A DNA stretch of 63,920 nucleotides, filler included, from Bigelowiella natans CCMP2755 (Eukaryota; Protista; Cercozoa), in assembly GCA_000320545.1 (NCBI GenBank). It is 6 parts of 6 records of this genome, joined end to end, with 100 filler letters (N's around TTAATTAATTAA, not from the genome) between each part and the next. Parts side by side here need not be neighbours in the genome. Positions count along the whole stretch, not along the records: positions 54,325 to 60,448 come from ADNK01003274.1; positions 60,549 to 62,515 come from ADNK01003354.1; positions 62,616 to 63,920 come from ADNK01001687.1; 3 more parts are not named here. One strand, 5' to 3'. Positions 54,553 to 63,920 of the stretch are shown here, piece after piece. Positions within the stretch are counted from its first letter, which is position 1; every line of letters starts with the position of its first letter. The notes below the pieces were generated by a model. It did not search any database and was not told where the DNA came from. It saw nothing but the letters and a program-made list of their open reading frames with translations. The translations under genes and the position numbers were made by a program.

Positions 54553-55855
54553 CTCACATTGAGCGAAACAACATTTCCCAAGAGCACTAACACCCCTGTC
54601 TGTTCTGCCGCACCGAGAATATCTATATATCATTCCATCTCATCATCATCACTTAAACGATGATGAAGAACAAGAAATATGCGACGACACTACAGCTATC
54701 GTCAATGCCCCTCACCACCCCTCTTAGTGTTGTTTCTCTTAAAATATAAACGATAGTCAAGAATCTGTTGGTGCTGCTCCTTGCTACCAAGTATATGACA
54801 ATATATTAATAATATGATGATTGCTGCCTCCAGTAATCTCCAACATTATTATTCAATAATTACTAGATGATGATGTTGATGTCGTTGTTGTATTACTGGC
54901 AATCTTGACGGTCTCTAACAAGCCGTGTTACTTCAAGTGCCTAATGCATGCATATTATTATACGTAACAACATTAGCTGCTTAACCTCGCATTTGTTATC
55001 CTTATATTTCTTTATGGCCGTATCATCATCATCACCACCACCACCACCACCCTTTCTTTTTACATAGAAGACAAATAGATGTTACTGAGTAGTACTACTA
55101 GCAGCAGTAGAAGGAGAAGAAGAAGAAGTGGTTAGAATAAAATTCTCTACTTCCTTCTTCTGGCTATACGGCAGCATGCAATGATGCCGTAGCCGCCCCA
55201 TTTATGATAATCATAATCATCATCATCATCATCCTAACTTGTGTACTACTACGTACGCACCTTCATGAGCTCCTCCTCTACTGTCACAACCCCAGCCTCA
55301 GGCTAATAATGGATACATGGAGAATATGTGGACGTGATTATATATCTCACTGCTGTTTAAAAAATGATGGACGGCATCTTCGAGCTAACTTCTTGAGTGG
55401 TTTGTGAGGTAATAAGACACACAAAGTTTGCGTAGTAACACACGACACATGAAGCATAGGTAACATTATAACCCTAGTAGTAGTAGTAGTATTAGCATCA
55501 GTAGTAGTGTGTCAAACATGCTATATCCTATGAAGAACAGATGATGAAGCACCAAGTGAACATTCATTACGTAGATAGCAATCCATACATAAGTTACTTA
55601 CATACATACATACGTACGTAGAGAGCAATCCATACATGAGTTACTTACATACATACATACTTACGTTGTGCTACTACCTACCTGGGATACGAATCCATAA
55701 TAGTTCTCACCAACGTATGCAATCTTTAGAAATATATTTCCTTGGAATAGGGATGATTGTAATGAGTCAATAGAAATATCAGAAGAATACGAGAGAAGAC
55801 ACATGTGCTACAAAGAAAAAGAGGAGGAGCAGGAGGAAGGAGGGGGGAAATTTGT

Positions 55856-55894
<39 letters not shown>

Positions 55895-56669
55895 ATAGTT
55901 ATCTGAATTCGAGAAAAAGTGATAGTAGTAGATCTTCCTATCTAACAGATGATCTGTGTGGTATTGTTAATGACGGCAGCATTAAAACATGAAGATTGAT
56001 TTATCCAACAATAACTTGATAATAAATGCTGCACACAACTACTGTTACTACTACTACTCACTTGTAGGCCACTTAGACCAATCTAGCTGTTTTCTTGGAT
56101 TTCTTTTCTTCCGAAAACTTCTGTTAGTGGTGCCCTGAGCTCCACTATTGCTTCCATCATCACACACCCCCCTTTTGTCAGTAGCACTATCACCAGCTGT
56201 GTGGGGGGTGGTAGCAGATTGATTTATTTTCTTCCGTTTTGTGTGTAATAGAGGAGACTTTCCTTCCCCCTTATCGTACTTATCTTCCTTCCCTCTTCGC
56301 AACCGCTTAGTTGGTAGCTTAAACGTGGAAGATGCTGTTGTTGATGGTGGTGGTGATGGTGAAGATGATGGTAGTGACGAAGACGACGACGATGGTGTTA
56401 TTCGAGATTGCGCAGTCTCGATGATAGAGTTCAACTTTCCCTCATCGAAAGAGCCAAGATTATCTTTGAACTCGAGAGAGAGGACCAGTCTGGTGATATA
56501 ATGATAATTATGGCAACGATGAGGTCAGTATTAGCTACATGAAGCTGCAAGTCACACTCAGCTGATACTACTAGTTTTATTATTTCTGTTGTTACAACTT
56601 GACAAGATCACGACGGTTAATCCTCCGAGGATCCAATAGAACCGTTGCGCGTCTCGTTAGGATCTCCAT
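54553..56669 (-). CDS. PUS3: tRNA pseudouridine 38/39 synthase (TruA family, PUS3/Deg1-like), 3' truncated
   Basis: RKQLDWSKWPT / NIFLKIAYVGENYYGFVSQ (~55700) / TVEEELMK / ALEVTRLV / YSRCGRTDRGVSA (catalytic Asp, ~54600). Confidence 0.9.
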
Positions 56670-57080
56670 TGCCCGTAGATGGAAACAGAGGGGGGGACTA
56701 CTTTCTTTCTTGCGTGTTGTGAGTTCCGACGACCTATCTATCTAGGACTTGGGATGGATTTCCGTAATAGAGTTAGTTCATCCCATAATAATATCATGTC
56801 GCACATTCAATCTCTTAACATTCAATAGATGTTTATGGTGTATATTTTGGTCTAAATGAGATTATATATACAACATCGTTATTGTTTCATTCTTCCTGGT
56901 TTAACATCGAATAGATGTTTATGGTGTATATTTTGGTCTAAATGAGATTATATATACAACATCGTTATTGTTTCATTCTTCCTCGGCCACTCCACCCCAT
57001 CTCTAACCCTATCTATCATCTTGCCTCCCCCTCTGCTCTACTAGCTTAGAGGCACAGGCTAGTGCTGGGCTTCACAACCC

Positions 57081-58227
57081 ATGACAAGCGCCAACTTACG
57101 CGTGATATATGGCGAAAAGCCTACAGAGCCGTTTTGTGCATTGCTTGAAATCGATGGGTTTCGGATATTGCTTGATTGCGGATGGGATGCGGTGAGAAGA
57201 AGTGCATTCATTCCTAATCGCTGCTGCGTGGCTGCTTGGGGGGCACAAGAAAGTGTATAATTGTTGCTATTCATGAAAAGGAGACACATATGAGCCGTAA
57301 ACCTTTCCATGCCTCCTATGATCATCTACTTTCTCCCATTTGCTAACACATCATCTGAGCAATCGTGTCTTCTTATCGCTATCAGCGCTTTGACACCGAC
57401 ATGCTGAAACCGCTGGAGATGGTAAGTAAGAACTAATGGGAGAGATTGGGAAGGAGGCATCCTTCATTGTTTTGTTCGAAGAGTTGTGATAAATTGTGCT
57501 AATAATTGCTACTTACTACCAGGTCGCAGAGAGTGTGGATGCGGTGCTGTTGTCATTCCCCGATATGGCACACATGGGTGCCTTGCCATACGCAATGGCC
57601 AATCTTGGTCTAAAAGCTCCAGTTTACGCTACCTCTCCTGTATTCAATATGGGGCGCCTTTACCTTGAAGATACAATTTTGGTAGTAAAACAACGAACGT
57701 ACGTACTGTATTCAATATGAGACGCTTTTACCTTGAAGATACACTTTTAGTACTTCTTGCTCTCTCTACTTGAACGACGACAGGGGCAAATTGCACTTCG
57801 TCTAGCCAGTGATTTGAGAACACGTTGTTGTCCTGCTGCCTGTGATTTCCCATTGTACTGACTACTACTACTACTTACAGAATTTTGAAGGTGGAGGGAC
57901 AAACGCAAAGTCACCCATGACACTGCAACATCTCAGCCTTGCTTTTGATGGGTATTATTATTATCGTCCTTAGAATCGTAAAGCTATAGTTCTAATACAC
58001 CTGATTCTTCCTTAATAATGATGATTGATCGATAAATCCCAGACAAATTGGTGTGCAGTATTCTGAAGAACAAGTCTTCAAGATACCTAATGTCGTAACC
58101 AACACAACGAGATCTTAAACTGTTGTTCCTTAGTTACTGTTGCTACTGTTATTTGCAAGAGACGAGAGAAGTAGAGGGGCTTGGGGGGGGGAGGGGGGGG
58201 TGGAGGGATGTTGGTTGGAATTAATAT

Positions 58228-58266
<39 letters not shown>

Positions 58267-59959
58267 TTACTGTATTTATATGAATTCTATGCTCCGAAAG
58301 AGAAGATGGATTGATTGGTTCTTCCTTGGATGATGGGACAAATATACTGCTGCTGCTTCTTCTTCTGTGATTCTTATAAATCCTACGATTATATATTTAT
58401 CCCCCAAAGATATGTGTGTGTAGTTCTCCTCCCCCCCCCTTACAATGACGATGAATCAATGAATAAGCAGGGGGGCACAATCAAGGTGACACCCTATCCC
58501 GCTGGACGCACCATTGGGGGATCTTTCTGGAGAATTGAGAGAGAGGTGCTACATTTCTAAAATTTAAACGTACCATATGTAAAAATGTATATATATATGA
58601 ACGCAATAATAAGTGTAGAATCATCATCCTCAACAACATCATTCAGGCTGAGGTTCTACTGTACGCTGTGGAGTTTAACCATAGAAGGGTATTTGTGTGT
58701 TTATGTATGTATGTATTATGGAGTGTCTATCTCCTCTTTCTTATTTCTTTCTTGCAGCTGATTGATTCATTGACCAGTGTGGTGCTTTTTATTACTATGT
58801 TGATTATCACCAGCATCATCACCATCACCATCATCATCATCTTAGGAGCAACATCTAGATCGCTTCGTGTTAGAGGCATTCGAAAGACCTAGCGTCCTTA
58901 TAACGGATGCACTCACTATGGGAATTGAGGAGAATAAGAGACGAAAACAGCTAGATCAGCAACTTTTCTCTGCCATAGAAAGAACGGTAGTAATAGAAAG
59001 AACGGTAGTAATAGAAAGAACGGTAGTAATAGAAAGAACGGTAGTAATAGAAAGAACGGTAGTAATAGAAAGAACGGTAGTAATAAAAGAAGACTTGGCT
59101 AGTTTTGTTGTATTTATTGAGTAACAATTTGAAGTAGGACAATGTAGGGTGAATAATCATGTCTGGTGATATGAATTTTTAACACATTTTGTGTTAAAAG
59201 TGTTTGGTGTGTGTGTGTATGTGTGTCTTCGGTTAGTTTGAGTTCTTTCATAGCATGCTACCCACTTACCTTAACCAATTTCTTCCTCCTCTTTTTGTGG
59301 AAAAAGATGAGTCGTCAAGGTGATGTTTTAATCCCCATGGATCCATCCGCACGTGTTTTGGAAATTCTTCGCTGGTAGGATTGTACTGTTACTAATCTTG
59401 AGCTAGTATCTAATTTGTGTTGATATTGTTAATGAGTAGCTTCTTGATGAAAATACTTGTTGTTGCATGGATGATTGTAGCTTCTCTCAGCAATGTTTCT
59501 TCTCCCGTTGTATAATTTGTAAAACTTACCATCAGCCTTCATCGGTATTGGGTTCTGAAGCGGAAAAGTACTCCTATAATCATCGTTAGCAACGTTGGTG
59601 ATAAGCTCATAGGTACTAGTGGCAGTTGTAGTATCAATAGTAGTAGTAGTAGTATTCGTGTTCGTCATCATCATGTTGTTGTTTTTGATACAGAATAATA
59701 AATAATATATGTGATGACAGACAGATAGTAGTAGCGAATAATATAAAACAAAAGTAAACACAACAACAGCAGCAATCATCATTATCATCTAGTAAGAAAT
59801 AAGAATATAGAGTGCTGGCAGTACAAAGAGAAAGCAACCAATCAATTGCCTTCTGTAAAGATAGTACAAAGAGAAAACAATCAATCAATAGCCTCTTATT
59901 AAGATAGTAGTAGTAGTAGTAGTAATAGTAGTACCGCAGTTATAAACACACACACACAA

Positions 59960-60002
<43 letters not shown>

Positions 60003-60140
60003 TACACGATGTATCTGGTTTTCACTTCCTACATAATATTACGCACAGCTGACGCCAATAACTTCGTTGAATGGATGTCTGAGGCGATTCGAAATGAATT
60101 AAATACGCAGCAGTCACGTCCATATCACTTTTCGAGAGGG
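57081..60140 (+). CDS. CPSF2: Cleavage and polyadenylation specificity factor subunit 2 (CPSF100), 3' truncated
   Basis: LLEIDGFRILLDCGWD, DAVLLSFPDMAHMGALPYA..VYATSPVFNMG, PAGRTIGGSFWRI, YAVEFNHRR/EQHL, RPSVLITDA, GDVLIPMDPSARVLE, FVEWMSE. Confidence 0.93.
58975..59082 (+). repeat. 18-bp tandem repeat x6 spanning a CPSF2 exon/intron boundary
   Basis: Six identical copies of ATAGAAAGAACGGTAGTA with no spacers. Confidence 0.95.
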
Positions 60141-60448
60141 TGGGTGGTGCATTATTGGGGGGGGGGGGGGGGGGGGGGTTTTATGAGCGGGGCCAAGAGA
60201 GGAAATAGAATTACTTTCCTACGTCAGGCAGCAGACAATGAGTCCGAAAGGGATATAGTGTTTTTTTGTGATTAAGGATATCAAGTCCCCGATCCATGAT
60301 GAACCAATGGCACTATTCAATCCTACCTTGGGAAGCTTCGCACTCAAATGAGGTTGTTGCTAGCTTCACCCATTCGACAGCTAGGTCCGGCTTCTGAACT
60401 CTCCCACCTTGAGAGCGTAAACAGGAGGGTAAAATCGTTCTGAAAACC

Positions 60449-60548
60449 NNNNNNNNNNNNNNNNNNNNNNNNNNNNNNNNNNNNNNNNNNNNTTAATTAA
60501 TTAANNNNNNNNNNNNNNNNNNNNNNNNNNNNNNNNNNNNNNNNNNNN
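60449..60548. other. Artificial contig linker
   Basis: N44-TTAATTAATTAA-N44. Confidence 0.98.
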
Positions 60549-60714
60549 CCACAAAAACACCTACGCATACTTTAGCTTCTGCGGCGGGCGGGCGGGGGCG
60601 GTTCTATTAACTTGTGCACGGGTGGTTATGATGTTGGTGCTTTGTTGTTGTTGTCGTTGTCGTTGTCGTGGTTGTCGCAGATGTTTATTGCTGTTGTTGC
60701 TGTTCGCTGGCTGC

Positions 60715-61628
60715 TCACCTTCCCCATTCTCGAGGATCTTTAGCCAATTCTCTGCTTTCAGTGGGTCGAATGCAGGCCCCCTCCGCTGCGGCAGCAAAGG
60801 CGAGATGTAAGTGTCGGAAATGATGATCGCTGGCTCGCATTCTCCCTCTCTGTCTTTCCCTACAACCCTCCCGCCCCCCCCCCCCCACACACACATTCAC
60901 ACACGCGTTTATACATTCCCCACTCCTCACCGAGAAGGTATTTATCACGGCGTTGTAAGGCGCAACTAGAATGTCCTGCGGCTGCCTCATCCACCCTTTG
61001 TCGCCATCACCGCAACAACAAGAAGAAGAAGAAGAAGAAGAATACTCAGCTTCAATGAGGCCAATGCAAGAAGAGGAAAAGAGAGCGAAGATAACAAAAC
61101 GTGATGTTCCTGCAAAGACACTGCTGTGATCAAACAGTAGGTATTTAGAGAGGGAGAGAGAGAAATGAAAGGGCTCGTCATAATCCCCCCCCCCCTCCCC
61201 CCCCCCTCACCCCCTTCCCCCCTTGCCCTGAACGATTATCGATCGTTTGCGGGCGCCACCACTATCACCAACATCACACCACCTTTCTCCCTCAATTCAA
61301 CCAGAAGGGACTCCGCGATGGCACCCGCATTCGCGCCCCTCGACGATGCCGACGCCACAGCTACTTGTGACGGCGTGAGGGCCTTCAAGTCGGACTTGCT
61401 CGCCCTGGCGACGGCGGTTATCAGGGTCGTGTATATCTCCAGCGTGGGTAGAATACCTTGAAGATGATGGCGGTGGTGACGACGACGAATGACGATAATG
61501 GCGGTGCTTACAGAGATGATGGAGGGCAATTTTCCCCCCAGCAGGAGCAGGAGGAGGTGGAAGAGGAGGAGGAGGAAGATGGTATAACAAAGTAGTTTGC
61601 CATTCAACAAGCCCATTTCAGTTAGTGG

Positions 61629-61674
<46 letters not shown>

Positions 61675-62430
61675 GCGTGATGACGGTTTAACATGCAAAC
61701 CGACCTTTCTGCTTCATCTCCTGGAAGGTCTCGAAAGCCAGCGCCAACCCGCCCCCACCGGGCGGTATCTGAGCACAAGCCTTCATCACGCCGAAGTACG
61801 ACAGATGATCGACTAGGCCAGCTTCCTGCGCCTCCAGCAGCCAGCGACGAGCGTTTTTATAGTCTCCAGAAGAGCCATACGCATCGATCACCTGACGGCG
61901 AAGAGCAGTAGCAGCGGCGGCGGCGGCAGCAGCAGCAGGGAGGAATAATCACGGGGAGGAGGAGGAGGAGGGGGGGGGGGGGCATGAGGACTCGAGCGGC
62001 GCAAAACGCGTATCACGCGGTGAATGTTCAGGCCCGGCGGTGACGTGGCCAGGCCTTTCCCAACAAAGCGCCGCATTCGCAACACAACGCAAAAACGCAG
62101 CGCCACTGCTCCCCTCACCAATCGCCTCGCCGTACCGTGTTGTAGGAGAAGTCGTTCGGTTTGAAGACGTAGTCCTTCGTCTGCTCGAGATCAACCGCGT
62201 CCATGTCAATCAAGGTCACCTCGCTAGGAGAAACACTAGAGGAGGAGGAGGAGGAGGAAGAAGAAGAAGAATGCGCGCGTACAACGCCGTCTGCATCCTC
62301 GCCCTCCTCCTCCTCTTCCTCCTCTTCTTCTTCTCCCCGCGCGCTGTCGCTAGACTTGGAAGAAGCCTTGTCCGCTCGAGACTGCAACCTCTTCAACCAC
62401 ATTGCCGCGCGGTGCGGGGACCCTGCGTGC
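60715..62430 (-). CDS. PPR protein, internal fragment
   Basis: FKPNDFSYNT/VIDAYGSSGDYKNARRWL, SYFGVMKACA, AFETFQEMKQK/GILPTLEIYTTLITAVAR, PYNAVINTFS. Confidence 0.88.
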
Positions 62431-62460
62431 GCGATGTGATTATGACTATGTGACCACGAC

Positions 62461-62508
<48 letters not shown>

Positions 62509-62515
62509 ATATAGT

Positions 62516-62615
62516 NNNNNNNNNNNNNNNNNNNNNNNNNNNNNNNNNNNNNNNNNNNNTTAATTAATTAANNNNNNNNNNNNNNNNNNNNNNNNNNNNN
62601 NNNNNNNNNNNNNNN
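62516..62615. other. Artificial contig linker
   Basis: N44-TTAATTAATTAA-N44. Confidence 0.98.
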
Positions 62616-63177
62616 AGGCTTGGATTATCCGCGTTCGCTACCATCGAACTGAGGCATCGATCTCAGTGGCCCTCCTGCAGAGGATGCGAAAGTATGGGCA
62701 TGCATTGCAGGCGTCCAGTCGCATCCATCGTGACTCTTTGGAAAACATCGTACGCCCTCAATAGTACAAGTCGTATATATAAATTTATCTAATCTTTTGC
62801 CGTATAATGGGACCGTGGAAGAGGAAGTTCCGAGGTGCTGCCGGCGCATTTAGGGATTTTTTGGGATCCCCCGCAGCCATGGGGGGGGGTAAGAAGCAGC
62901 GTGATATTTAAAAAGCTATATTTTCGGTTCTAAAGACAATCAAAACAGGGCAAAACTTCACTTTTAGGGGTATCATTCCGGGAGAGGAAAAGCGGGGGGG
63001 GGGGGGGGGGGTAAAGATTTGCGGGGAGCGAAAGATTCTACTTGAATTTTCTCGATGGCTTGCACGCGCGCAATGTATTTCGCGTTTTTGTGCGGAAGAA
63101 TCGTGACGATAGATCTGTGTGTGGTTTGGGTGAGAACTGGTGCTACGGCGGTGCGTTTTGTCGCATTTATTGCGCCG

Positions 63178-63216
<39 letters not shown>

Positions 63217-63311
63217 TAAAAAATACAAATATGTTCTCGTTTTGTGATCTCGTCTTGTTTGCAATGACAAAAATCATCGATTTCCGGCATCAGCCCCCAA
63301 CGCACAAGTAG

Positions 63312-63432
63312 ATGTCCGCCCGCTCAAAGCAACCGGATCTTGCTTCACGATCGTGAGGAAAACAACAACAAAAACAACAAAAATAATAACAACAAAAATA
63401 ATAATACGCTGGAAGTTAAAACGACACATACC

Positions 63433-63472
<40 letters not shown>

Positions 63473-63606
63473 TAGGCTGTGTAAATCTTATAAAAACTTG
63501 ATGCGTTTTTGGCGTGAATTTTAAGGTTTGCCCCGGTCAACTAGCACGTCTTGCAGCAGGTGCTGCTCACCCTAATATGTTTATAATTTTTAATCGTACA
63601 TAATAC

Positions 63607-63662
<56 letters not shown>

Positions 63663-63897
63663 ACATTAATTTACACCTATACTAATACCAACAGTATTTT
63701 AAATATGATAAGTGAATACGGCAAAAGTACCTTCTCTTGGAAATCATCGTTGTGCGTGGTTTGGTAGGCAAACACGGGTTCTTCTTCCGGCGGCTCGAGA
63801 GCGAAACGCAGAGTTTCTTGTTTCTCAATGCACACTCCAACGATAATCACCCGAACTACCGCGAGGACCCTTCCTGCATGGAGGCCGTTTATACGGG
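63312..63897 (+). CDS. Possible 5' exons of an unidentified gene
   Basis: Candidate ATG exon at 63312 ending at gtgag, and an AG-bounded open segment KHGFFFRRLESETQSFLFLNAH.. at 63768-63896. No family recognised. Confidence 0.3.
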
Positions 63898-63920
63898 TTG
63901 AACGAGGGGAAGGAGGAGGG

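Noticed and set aside
58975-59082. Possible CRISPR array
   Set aside because: Head-to-tail repeats with no spacers inside a eukaryotic gene; no cas genes.

Overview
Eukaryotic nuclear DNA, intron-dense (exons mostly 40-150 nt) with introns full of microsatellites. It resembles an alga or protist with a complex plastid, and one leader peptide looks chlorarachniophyte-like; that identification is inference only. The window is six contigs joined by artificial 100-nt linkers (N44-TTAATTAATTAA-N44), so adjacency across linkers means nothing. Most ORF-track entries are microsatellite or antisense noise, so I spliced the real genes by hand. Contents: the 5' end of a young LTR retrotransposon, purple acid phosphatase, an EF-hand-like protein, a GH20 hexosaminidase with a C-terminal EF-hand pair, a mitochondrial adenylate-kinase-like protein, an FkbM methyltransferase, two PPR genes, a TALE homeobox, a WD40 protein, a PIP-box macrodomain protein, a SANT protein, a single-alpha-helix repeat membrane protein, a BRCT plus EEP nuclease, PUS3 and CPSF2. 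The most striking unexplained signal is a set of tracts lying downstream of every assessable gene 3' end and in none of the divergent promoters. In these tracts TpA is depleted (one TA in the 784 nt at 30153-30936), CA/TG/CG are abundant, and CTAG is preferentially spared. This looks like the footprint of a targeted TpA->CpA/TpG hypermutation or base-modification system acting at termination zones.
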